From contig OZ251230.1 in NCBI GenBank assembly GCA_965240325.2, forward strand, positions 2,356,001 through 2,420,000: a DNA stretch of 64,000 bases. The letters run 5' to 3'. Positions 1 to 9,995 of this stretch are shown piece by piece. Every line of letters begins with the position of its first letter. The stretch's first letter is position 1. The notes under the pieces were generated by a model. The model was given only the letters and a program-made list of their open reading frames with translations. It did not search any database and had not been told where the DNA came from. A program made the translations under genes and the position numbers. Source of the DNA: Rebecca billardiae RCC1528 (lineage: Eukaryota; Protista; Haptophyta).

Positions 1-258
1 CGCGCCGCCGGCTCGACCGACGTCAAGAGCCTCGCCGGCGCCCTCGCCAAGAACGCGCGCCAGTCGGCCACTTCGTTTGTGACAGTGGTCGGCGCCAACT
101 CGGTCAATCAGGCAGTGAAGGCGGTCGCGATCGCTCGCGGGTACCTGGAGGAGGAGGGGCTCGACCTGCAGTGCCGCTCGTCCATCGAGGAGATTGACAC
201 GGGCTCGCTCGCGGGCAAGACCGCCCTGTCGATCAGCGTGCACCCCGTCAGCATCTGA
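1..258 (+). CDS. 3' end of a gene encoding a SpoVS-like (stage V sporulation protein S, Alba-fold) domain; 5' part lies outside the window
   Basis: Frame 1 reads RAAGSTDVKSLAGALAKNARQSATSFVTVVGANSVNQAVKAVAIARGYLEEEGLDLQC...TALSISVHPVSI*, TGA at 256-258. The xAGALA...GAxxxNQAVKAVAIARG pattern is the SpoVS signature. Confidence 0.8.
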   Translation, partial: RAAGSTDVKSLAGALAKNARQSATSFVTVVGANSVNQAVKAVAIARGYLEEEGLDLQCRSSIEEIDTGSLAGKTALSISVHPVSI

Positions 259-1177
259 GCAGCGCCCGGACGGCGGGCGCGGTGGCGTGCTCGCCCACGG
301 CGGCCCGCGCCGCGCGCCGCCGCCGCGCCTGAAGACGCGGGTGCTGCTCGTCGGCCTGTCCACGCACGCTGGCTGGTCCCCCCCCCCCCTTCCGAACCTT
401 GGAAACCAACGGACGGACGACCTGACGCCGCCGCGTGGCTGACGGCTCGGCGCAGTCTGTACGTCTACCGCTTGCGGCAATCCGATGTCGGATCGAGTGT
501 CCGCGCGCCGGCCGCGTCGGCCGGGGCCCCGGGTCGGGCCAGCCCGCCGCCGCCGCTGCGGCTGATGAACATTGATAAGCCCTGTCTCAGGGCTGCCTGC
601 TATTTAGATGCTGTCGCCCTCTTCCTTCATGCGCGATGAGTCCAATGCATCGACTTGTCTGAACGACTAGCTTAGAGTCATTCGTCGATTACATCGGTAT
701 GTCAGGTACACCCCCGTGGCCGTGCGACCGCGACGGCCTGACCCACCGCGCGGCCTTCGCCGCTTGCACTCCCGACTGACGAAGCCAGACTGAGAAGATG
801 GTTGTCCGGTGGATGGCTACCACCTCGCCCGGACAAGTCAGTTAAACAAGTTTGGGCTTGGCTCGTCGCGCGGTTGCGCCAGTTCACACTCGCTGCGCCA
901 GCAAAGGTGAGGGCTTGCGCCCCTCGAGCAACGCCTCCGCCCGCGCGCGCGCCGCGGGTGCGTGTGGGGAGGGGCGGGGGGCGCCGCGGCGCGCGCGCAC
1001 GGCGTGCGCGCATTCCTCGTGCGCGTGCGCACCGGCACATCCCCTCCGCTCCGCTCCGCACCTCGCGCCTCTCGCTCACGCGCGTGCCCCGCGCCGCGCG
1101 TCGGTTTCGCGCCGCGCAGAGCATCGCCGCTCTCCAGTCCTCTCTCCCCGACCCTCTCAACCCCCCCGCCTTCAACA

Positions 1178-2533
1178 ATGCGTGAGTGCCTCTGCATCCA
1201 CATGGGCCAGGCCGGCATCCAGTTCGGTAACGCCTGCTGGGAGCTCTTCTGCCTCGAGCACGGCATCCAGCCGGACGGTCAGATGCCTTCGGACAAGACG
1301 ATCGGCGGCGGCGACGACGCGTTCAACACCTTCTTCTCGGAGACGGGCTCGGGCAAGCACGTGCCGCGCACGGTGTTCATCGACCTCGAGCCGACCGTGA
1401 TCGACGAGGTGCGCACGGGCACCTACCGCCAGCTCTACCACCCGGAGCAGCTGATCTCTGGCAAGGAGGACGCGGCCAACAACTACGCGCGCGGCCACTA
1501 CACGGTGGGCAAGGAGATCATCGACCTGGTGCTCGACCGCATCCGCAAGCTCGCGGACAACTGCACCGGCCTGCAGGGCTTCCTCGTCTTCAACGCCGTC
1601 GGCGGCGGCACCGGCTCGGGCCTCTCGTCGCTGCTGCTCGAGCGGCTCTCGGTCGACTATGGCCGCAAGTCGAAGCTCACCTTCACGATCTACCCGTCGC
1701 CGCAGGTGTCGACGGCGGTGGTCGAGCCGTACAACACGGTGCTCTCGACGCACTCGCTCCTCGAGCACTCGGACGTCTCGTTCACCGTCGACAACGAGGC
1801 GCTGTACGACATCTGCCGCCGCAACCTCGACATTGAGCGCCCGACCTACACCAACCTCAACCGGCTGGTCGCGCAGATCATCTCGGGGCTCACGGCGTCG
1901 CTCCGCTTCGACGGCGCGCTCAACGTCGACCTCACCGAGTTCCAGACCAACCTGGTGCCGTACCCGCGCATCCACTTCGTCCTCTCTTCCTTCGCGCCCA
2001 TCATCTCGGCCGAGAAGGCGTACCACGAGCAGCTCTCGGTCGCCGAGATCACCAACGCTGTCTTTGAGCCCGCGTCGCAGCTCGTCAAGGTCGACCCGCG
2101 CCACGGCAAGTACATGGCGTGCTGCATGATGTACCGCGGCGACGTGGTGCCGAAGGACGTGAACGCCGCCGTCGCGACGATCAAGACCAAGCGCACCATC
2201 CAGTTCGTCGACTGGTGCCCGACCGGCTTCAAGTGCGGCATCAACTACCAGCCGCCGACGGTCGTGCCGGGCGGCGACCTCGCCAAGGTGATGCGCGCGG
2301 TCACGATGGAGGCCAACTCGACGGCGTTCGCCGAGCTGTACTCGCGCATCGACCACAAGTTCGATCTGATGTACGCCAAGCGCGCGTTCGTCCACTGGTA
2401 CGTCGGCGAGGGCATGGAGGAGGGCGAGTTCTCGGAGGCGCGCGAGGATCTCGCCGCGCTCGAGAAGGACTACGAGGAGGTCGGCGCCGAGTCGGCCGAG
2501 GGCGAGGGTGAGGAGGAGGGCGAGGAGTACTAA
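1178..2533 (+). CDS. TUA: Alpha-tubulin, intronless, 451 aa
   Basis: Starts [13 protein letters not shown] at ATG 1178. Contains GGGTGSG, K40 loop DKTIGGG and C-terminal EEY. Confidence 0.98.
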   Translation: MRECLCIHMGQAGIQFGNACWELFCLEHGIQPDGQMPSDKTIGGGDDAFNTFFSETGSGKHVPRTVFIDLEPTVIDEVRTGTYRQLYHPEQLISGKEDAANNYARGHYTVGKEIIDLVLDRIRKLADNCTGLQGFLVFNAVGGGTGSGLSSLLLERLSVDYGRKSKLTFTIYPSPQVSTAVVEPYNTVLSTHSLLEHSDVSFTVDNEALYDICRRNLDIERPTYTNLNRLVAQIISGLTASLRFDGALNVDLTEFQTNLVPYPRIHFVLSSFAPIISAEKAYHEQLSVAEITNAVFEPASQLVKVDPRHGKYMACCMMYRGDVVPKDVNAAVATIKTKRTIQFVDWCPTGFKCGINYQPPTVVPGGDLAKVMRAVTMEANSTAFAELYSRIDHKFDLMYAKRAFVHWYVGEGMEEGEFSEAREDLAALEKDYEEVGAESAEGEGEEEGEEY

Positions 2534-2868
2534 GCGCCCGAGCCAGTCCTCCTGACGCGATCGACCGTCGGCTAGTCGCGGCTCGCAGGCAGCTGATACG
2601 CACCGACGACGCTCGCACACCCGGAGTCCATTCAAGGCCCCAGTGACAGACAGTCAGACTTGCACTTGCAGTAAGACGAACCATCAAGTGATTCAAGTCT
2701 AGCTGTTAAATCAGTTTAGACTGTATAACTACAGTAAGGTTGTTGTCACAGACTCACAGTGAGAGTGCCGAACGGCGCCTTTTCTTGGCAGGCCGCACGT
2801 AGGCGCAAAATGAGCTCGTACCAAGATTCCGCATTCCGCGCCGCCGCGGTCCAAGTCCGACGCACGCG

Positions 2869-3777
2869 ATGCCGCTCACGCCCGCGAGCAAGAAGCCCGC
2901 GCGCGAAGAGCTGCGCATTGCTGCCGCGCAGATGCCACCCGAGAGCTTCCAGGGGCCGCCGGATGCGCGGCTCGACCCGGCGGAGGCGCTCTACGTCGAG
3001 TGGATGCTCGGGGCGATACGCGACATGGCGCGCGCGCGGTACGTGCGATCAGACGCCAACGCTCGGGAGGGGGACGACCCGACCGCGCAGATACGAGCGC
3101 GCTGGATGGTCAACCAGGCGGCGTACGTGTACTTGGACGGCGTGGTCGATGCCCTGCTTGCCGCCAACCCGCATGTCACTGAGGAGGACGTGTCGGGCGC
3201 GCGCTCGCTGCGATTCAGGCGGCAGGGTGTCTACTGGTGGGTGTGTAAGGAGGGCAAGACGGAGGAGTCGAAGACGGGCGCGCTGCTGTACGACGCTGAG
3301 GCGGACCTGCTCTTCCGCGTGAAGGGCCTCCTCTGCCCGATCGAGCAGGCCCTGCACCGCGCGGGCGTGCGCGCGCCGCTCGACAGGCCAATCTATCTCA
3401 CGCTGATCCCGGCGGGCGGGTTCATTACATTTGATGGGCTCCCGCATCTGCTGCCAAAGTCGGGCCCGCACGCGCGCGCGGAGCGCGATCGGGTGCGCGA
3501 TCGGCTGTCCGAGCTGCTGGACAGCCGCTTCCCGATCGACGCGCTCTCGGTCACGCACGCGCGCACGCACGTGGCTCGGCTGGAGCGCGCGCCTGAGGCG
3601 CTCAGTCGGAACGCTGGCTGGGACGAGCGGCTCGGCGGCCTGCCGACAGAGCCGCTGCAGCTCGTGCCCGTGCGCGCCGACGAGATCGGGCCCGTCAACG
3701 CGGACCCGAAGAGCGTGCCGCGCTGGTGGCTCGAGGGCGGCGGCTCGTCAGCGGCGGCAGGCGCGCCGTCGCGCTGA
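2869..3777 (+). CDS. Hypothetical protein (~300 aa); start uncertain, possible short upstream exon from ATG 2810
   Basis: Open frame with globular-looking composition and G/C-ending codons; no recognised motif. Confidence 0.6.
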   Translation: MPLTPASKKPAREELRIAAAQMPPESFQGPPDARLDPAEALYVEWMLGAIRDMARARYVRSDANAREGDDPTAQIRARWMVNQAAYVYLDGVVDALLAANPHVTEEDVSGARSLRFRRQGVYWWVCKEGKTEESKTGALLYDAEADLLFRVKGLLCPIEQALHRAGVRAPLDRPIYLTLIPAGGFITFDGLPHLLPKSGPHARAERDRVRDRLSELLDSRFPIDALSVTHARTHVARLERAPEALSRNAGWDERLGGLPTEPLQLVPVRADEIGPVNADPKSVPRWWLEGGGSSAAAGAPSR

Positions 3778-5254
3778 TCCGCTGAGGTGGCGGCTGGGTC
3801 CGCACTGGCACGGATGACGGAGGCTGGGCGGAGCGGAGTTTGCCGCGCTTGCGGATGAACTCGGCGCCGTCGGTGCTGACTGCGCGGTCGCGGCATTGGG
3901 CTGAGAGCGTGAGTGCGCAGCCCGGGGGGCATCCAGCTGGCCGCCCCGCGGCGGACGGCGGGGAGGTCTGGCCACTGATGATGGCAGCAGCGGCGCTGAT
4001 GCGGGGACGCGCGGCTCCGGCGGCGGACCAGCTGGGCCTGCGGCCTGTGGCTGTGCGTGGGCTGATCTGGTCTTCTTGACAGATGCATCATCGGCGCGTC
4101 GGCTGCTCGCGTAATCGGCTGACACTGCCAGTGCGCTCCGACGGACATGGGCGCGGTCCGCGTCATCTACAACCGTAGATGACGCCTTCCGAAGACGCCT
4201 TCCGAAGGCGCGCGGGGATTCATCACTCATCACCGATTAGTCATCAGCCGCGATGGCAACGCACAACAATCGTCACGACCGATTCAGCAGCCGCGATAAT
4301 ATCATTGATTCAGCGCGATATATATATATCGATATCGATGATGACGACGATGATGATCCGACGCATCATCATCGTCAGAGTGAGACAGAGTCAGATCCGC
4401 GATGATCAGTCATCAGATCATATATATATATATATCCTGATTCATCCGCTGGGGCTGGCCGGAACCGATGACGATTCATCAGGCGATGTCAGTGACGAAT
4501 CGAATCGTCGCGGCTGCTGATGATCGCGACAAAGCAGCATCAGTGCTGGACCCGTTGCAAGCGTGAGCGCCGAAAAAACGACACTTCGGCGGCCTAGAGT
4601 GACGATACAGTCTTGCAGGCGGCGGCGGCGGCGGCGGGAGCGTGACAGTGCGTCTACCATCACCTTCCGTCTAGCGCGCTACGCCGCGCGTGCCGGGTAG
4701 TGCCCCCGGCCCGCCGCAGCAGCAGCCTCGACAAGTGAAGAGACGATGACCGCGGACGCAGTGCCGCCGAGTACAGCCTGCATCCACTTGCCGCGCGGCG
4801 CGCACTGTAGTTGCACTTGCAGCGCTCGCGCTCGGCGAGCATGGGCGTGCGCTCAGGCGTGTCAAGTGCTGTCTCGTCGGCGCGCTTTCGCCTGCCACCT
4901 CGTGCACCCGTGCACGCAGCTTCATCGTCTTCATGAGGACTGCTGTGCTGCTGTCGCCATCACCCGAGTCCGAGTCGCGCGCGGTCGCGCGCGCGGTGGC
5001 AGCTGTGCACCGCAGAGTGTCACCGCTGCTGCTTCGCAGCAGTCATCAGCAGCTGCGTCGTCATCCTCCTCGTCGTCGGCTTCCACTGCCGCAAGAGGGA
5101 ACGCTGCCAAAGCTGCAGTTGGGAGGCAAGCCCTTCTCTCTTCCCACCGCGGCGCGCGCGCTGCGACAGCCCTCCCCGTTTCCTTCTCTTGACCACCTGC
5201 TGAGGGTTTTGCAGCTCGATCTCGGCAACGGCAGCACCTGGCGACGAACGGATT

Positions 5255-5295
5255 GGATTGGTGCACGGGGAATTGGATTCCCCGTGCACCAATCC
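5255..5295. repeat. Perfect 19-bp inverted repeat with 3-nt loop
   Basis: ggattggtgcacggggaat-tgg-attccccgtgcaccaatcc. Confidence 0.9.
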
Positions 5296-5422
5296 GCTCG
5301 GCTCGTCGCGCCCGGCAGCCATCGCCCAGCGCTAGTTGCAAAACCGTATTTTCACCGGTACGTCGCATTTTCACCGCCCTACGGTCACTCACCCGTGCAA
5401 CGGGTCGCTGATGATCGTCACA

Positions 5423-7375
5423 TATGGTTGTATAACCGCTCGGTTATGCGGGTATAACTCACCGGTAGCCCTCATGAGGGCGGGCTGGCAGCCCGGGTCC
5501 GGCTGCCCGAAGGTTTTCCGGTCGTCAAGCCGAGCCAGGCCCGGACAGGGGGTGGGCGCGGATCCGCGCAGTAGCTTGGCAAGCGATGCGCCTCTCTGCG
5601 CGCGCTCGCTGGCTGCATCCGCGGCTCGGCGGCCGGCGTGGCTGCTGGGTCACCGCGGCGCTGGTGGCTGCCCCTCCTCTGGGAGTTGTTTCTTCCAGGT
5701 GCGTGTGCGTCGGCGGTAGGCCGCCCTCAGCCCTCGCTCTCTCCACTCGTGCACCTGCCCTGCTTGCTGCCAACGCGCGATCGGGCTGTCTGTCGCTTCT
5801 GCTCTCTGCGAGGGCACCTCGGACCCCTCCGGGTGCTCTCTGCTTTCGATGGGGGCGCCTCGGAACCGCTTCGAGGCGTCCCCGTCTGCAATCGTCCCAT
5901 GCTCTGCTTTCGATGGGGGCGCCTCGGAACCGCTTCGGGGCGTCCCCGTCTGCAATCTTCTCATGCTCTGCTTTCGATGGGGGCGCCTCGGAACCGCTTC
6001 GGGGCGTCCCCGTCTGCAATCTTCTCATGCTCTGCTTTCGATGGGGGCGCCTCGGAACCGCTTCGAGGCGTCCCCGTCTGCAATCTCCGCATGCTCTGCT
6101 TTCGATGGGGGCGCCTCGGAACCGCTCCCAGGCGTCCCCGTCTGCAATCTTCTCACGCTTCGCAGTCTCGCTTGCCTTCATCGCCTGGCGGGTGGGTGCT
6201 GCTCTCTCCTTCTCTGCCGCCTCCTCTGCAGTCTGCAGTGCACTGCTGTGTGTGGGGATGCGACCTGCTACCTTATCTGACGCTACGCGTGCGCGTGCGT
6301 GTCTCGCGCCTGCTTCCCGCCTGCGCCGCCGCCGCCGCGCATGTCTTTGTGCCTACTCGTCGCACTTACCGTCGGGTTCGTCCTCACACAATCCTGCGGG
6401 GAGCCCCTCTGGGCCTCGGCCGCCTTCGGTCCTCGCGCTACCCCTTCGGCGGCCTCGGCCTCTTCGGGCCCCCGGCCACCACCCCTACGGGGTGTGGCAT
6501 TCCACACCTCCTTCTGGGTGGAGGCCCTCGAGGCCTCTGCCCCCTGCGGCGCCGCGCTCGGCCCAAACTTGCGTTGGGGGAGGGCGTCGGCTGCCAGCGC
6601 CTGCGGTCTATCTACGTGCTCCATCGAGTACTTCCTCTTCGGCGTCTAGGCGGTCGGCTTCTGTCGGCGTAGTTGCTCGAATGCATCGGCGAGTCCTTTC
6701 TGGTCGGCGTCGCATCCTGGACGGCTTCGGGGGTGTGACCTAGTCACCTCACGCGTTTATCAACGCGGCCCCCACCTCAATCTACTCTCATGTGGGTCTA
6801 CCGAGTGAGTTATGGTTGTATAACCGCTCGGTTATGCGGGTATAACTCACCGGTAGCCCTCATGAGGGCGGGCTGGCAGCCCGGGTCCGGCTGCCCGAAG
6901 GTTTTCCGGTCGTCAAGCCGAGCCAGGCCCGGACAGGGGGTGGGCGCGGATCCGCGCAGTAGCTTGGCAAGCGATGCGCCTCTCTGCGCGCGCTCGCTGG
7001 CTGCATCCGCGGCTCGGCGGCCGGCGTGGCTGCTGGGTCACCGCGGCGCTGGTGGCTGCCCCTCCTCTGGGAGTTGTTTCTCCCTGCCCTCCCACCCGGC
7101 TGGTTGCTGGGTGGGCATGGCCTGGGTGCGCGCGGTGTCGGGGGGGGTGGAGGCCCTCGAGGCCTCTGCCCCCTGCGGCGCCGCGCTCGGCCCAACCTCT
7201 TCGGCGTCTAGGCGGTCGGCTTCTGTCGGCGTAGTTGCTCGAATGCATCGGCGAGTCCTTTCTGGTCGGCGTCGCATCCTGGACGGCTTCGGGGGTGTGA
7301 CCTAGTCACCTCACGCGTTTATCAACGCGGCCCCCACCTCAATCTACTCTCATGTGGGTCTACCGAGTGAGTTAT
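5423..7375. mobile_element. Non-autonomous split-direct-repeat element (A1-internal-B1-A2-B2), PAT/Ngaro/TOC1-like tyrosine-recombinase retroelement architecture
   Basis: A1 5423-5693 matches A2 6811-7081 (271 bp). B1 6634-6813 matches B2 7196-7375 (180 bp), and 6516-6566 matches 7145-7195. TAT occurs at the left end, the B1/A2 junction and the right end. No recognisable RT or YR ORF. Confidence 0.7.
5838..6158. repeat. Minisatellite, 5 x 64 bp, inside the split-repeat element
   Basis: tgctttcgatgggggcgcctcggaaccgc... recurs at 5841, 5905, 5969, 6033 and 6097. Confidence 0.95.
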
Positions 7376-7513
7376 ATCGATGATCGAAGACGATCGATCG
7401 CGATCTGACTGCTATACTTAGTACGTAGGTCGTTACGTAGTACAATCAGACTCATTACCGTTATTATTATTTACCGCGCCGTACAAAATGCGCGCGCGCA
7501 TCGTCATATATGC

Positions 7514-8605
7514 TCAGTGCAGTAGCTGTCGCCCCTCATCGCGCTCCTGTCCGCTTCGTGCTCGGATCTTCGCCCGCCCATCGAGGATGGCACGCTCGAC
7601 CTCGGGATGCATCCAGCCGAAGCGCGCGTCCAGGCGCGTGCGCCCGACCAGCTTCTTGACGGGATGGAGCACCACCGCGGTGTCCCATGGCACGTCAGCC
7701 GCCTTGCGCTCGTCGCGGTTGCAGCAAAAGCGGGTGACGAGGTGCGGCTTCTTCATGTCAAATGCCTGCGCCTGGGGCATCTGCTCCCAGTCGCGGTTGC
7801 GCAGTGCAACGACGAGCGGCGGGAAAGAGCCAAGTGCCCAGAGCGGCTCGTGTGTGTTCTGCTCCAGCCAATACTCGACCTGAGCAGAAAGGTTCGCAGC
7901 CAGCCAGCGCCGCACGTCCACCAGCAGCACGCCTGCGTCGAGGCACGGCTGCTGCGGCGCCTCACGCAGCACGGCCTGCATCTTGGGCGCGCTCATGTTG
8001 ATGACCTTCTCGAGCCAGCAGTGGTCGCCGTGCTGCTGGGCGCTCGCCACTGCGTGGGGCGTGCGGGTGAGCGCGCCGTCGTAGAGCGGTCCTAGATCGT
8101 TGATGACGAGGGTGTCCGAGTCGAGGTAGAGGAAGCGCCGTAGCCCCAGCCGCTCGAAGATGGCCGGCACGTAGAAGCGCATGTAATTGGAGGCATGGCT
8201 GAATGTCGCACGGTTGCTCTGGTCCCGTATCCGCACACGCCGTGCACGCGTGACATCCCCAAGAGAGTCCGCGTGCAGGAGTACACGGCTCGCTCCGAAG
8301 AAGGCGACGAGGCGTTCGAGAGCGCGCTCTGAGACCGACGCGTTGTCTGTGAAGAGGTGGAAGCGCAGCCGTCTCGCGGTGCGGGGCGACGCGAAGCGCA
8401 GCGCCGACGCCATCGAGCGCACGACACGTCGAGTGTGTGTGGCGCCGGCAAATGTGTACACCACATGGATTTCCTCGTCATCGGGACGGCGCGCCATAGC
8501 TGCGGCTGACGGCGGCGACGTAATCGACGGGACCGTAGTCGCGAGCACCACGAGGCACGCCATGGCATCGACCCTCCAGACTGCTGCCGGGAGGCCGCCA
8601 TGCAT
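7514..8605 (-). CDS. Glycosyltransferase family 8 (GATL/LgtC-like) with N-terminal hydrophobic segment; start at 8605 or 8563
   Basis: Motifs RFHLFTD, SNYMRFYVP, RFLYLDSDTLV (DxD), AGVLLVDVRRW and LGSFPP. Confidence 0.85.
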   Translation of the reverse strand: MHGGLPAAVWRVDAMACLVVLATTVPSITSPPSAAAMARRPDDEEIHVVYTFAGATHTRRVVRSMASALRFASPRTARRLRFHLFTDNASVSERALERLVAFFGASRVLLHADSLGDVTRARRVRIRDQSNRATFSHASNYMRFYVPAIFERLGLRRFLYLDSDTLVINDLGPLYDGALTRTPHAVASAQQHGDHCWLEKVINMSAPKMQAVLREAPQQPCLDAGVLLVDVRRWLAANLSAQVEYWLEQNTHEPLWALGSFPPLVVALRNRDWEQMPQAQAFDMKKPHLVTRFCCNRDERKAADVPWDTAVVLHPVKKLVGRTRLDARFGWMHPEVERAILDGRAKIRARSGQERDEGRQLLH

Positions 8606-8997
8606 CGTGGGACGTGACGTGGTTGGGGCGGACGCATCACGCACGGGCAGGTTTAATTTTTCGGCGTTGGCGTTCGGCGTTCTCGTCGTTGTACTACTTG
8701 TACTGTACAGTCGTAAAGTACTGTAGTACAGCAGTACTGTAGAAGTTACTACTACTACTAACTTTACGCTACAGTACTGCTACTACTACAAGCGCTACCG
8801 TACGACAATAGTAGTCGGCAGTACTATTACTAGTAGCTAGAAGTACTACGACTACGGTAGTGAGTAGCTGAGTGCGTGATCCGGGCTGTCGTCGCCGCTG
8901 CCCGGCGACGACATGGCCATGCGCGGCAGCCCCGCTGACGCCAGCGCCGCCCGGCGCCACTGACGCAGTACGCAGAGCACTCGCAGTCGGTCGCACG

Positions 8998-9782
8998 TCA
9001 TTGCTTTGTGGGTGGGTACGGTGGTGGGGCTGCGCCGTCGCCAAGTGGGGTGCCGGCCACGGCCGGCGGCGGCTGAATCTGCTGCTGCTCCTGCTGCTGC
9101 TGCTGCGCGCCGGAGATGGCGCTCGTGAATGCGTTCAGCCCCGCCGTCAGACCGCTCGCCACCTTGTCCGTCACCTTGTGCTGCTCGTCGAATTGCTTGG
9201 CCTTGTGCGCGGCGTCCGTCACGGCCGCTTTTGTTTTGTCCAGGATGTGGTGCTGCTCGTCGAGCTCCTTGGCCTTGGCCAGCGTCTGCTTCGCGGCGTT
9301 CGAGACCTTCTCGCCGACGTGGTGCTCGCGGTCCACCGCCTTTGCCTTCTCGAACGCGGCGATCGCCGCGTCGCCGGTCGCCTTGGCCACATCGCCTACC
9401 TTGTCGGAGCGCGTGGCCGCGTAGGCCGCGCCCCCGGCGGCGACCGCGCCGACGAGCAGGCTGCCCGTGGCGATGGCCGCGACGCCTGCGCCCACGGCCG
9501 CAGCGCCGGCAAGCCGGCCGACGCCACCTGCCGAATCGACTGCATCCGCTGCCTTGCCCGCCACCTCCGCCGCCTTGGCGGCCTCAGCTGGGTTGTTCAT
9601 GGCCCACCTGCGCGCGCGAGCGCGCGCGGGTGCACGGCAGGCGTGAGTGCGCGAGCAGCAAGCGCAAGGGTTGGGCCTACGGCGTAAGCGGCGCGCGGCG
9701 CGCGGCGGGGCGAGCGCGGGGCGATGCGCGCGCACTCGAAGGCCTTGTTTTGGCCACTGCCGCCTGGTGGTGGTGCCGCCAT
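8998..9782 (-). CDS. Hypothetical 2-exon protein (exons 9782-9736 and 9607-8998) with an Ala/Gly hydrophobic segment and ~22-aa helical repeats (AKxxDEQHxxxDK)
   Basis: GT..AG intron 9735-9608 joins MAAPPPGGSGQNKAFE to WAMNNP in frame. Repeats: KAKAVDREHHVGEK, KAKELDEQHHILDK, KAKQFDEQHKVTDK. Confidence 0.75.
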
Positions 9783-9995
9783 GGCGTCCGCCCGCTGCTG
9801 TCGAGTTGGACCGCTACCGCGTTGTTGGGCGGCGGCGCGAGGGCGTTTCCGAGAAAGTGGCCCTTCCGCAGTTCCGCTTGGCGATGGCGGTCCGGCATGG
9901 ATGCACCGACGACGGCGTTCTCTCTTGACTGAGAGCTACTACTGTCTACAGGCTGTACAGGACGCGTCCGGCGAGCGCTACGCGTGGCACGCGCC

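Noticed and set aside
962-1177. N-terminal extension of alpha-tubulin in the ORF track
   Set aside because: The canonical MREC start is at 1178; the upstream part is GC-rich UTR/promoter opened at a GTG.
3800-5240. Short ORFs, including an acidic stretch on the minus strand
   Set aside because: No consistent frame or motif; at most decayed coding sequence.
5838-6158. 64-bp tandem repeats as a CRISPR array
   Set aside because: The units are contiguous with no unique spacers, there are no cas genes, and the context is eukaryotic.
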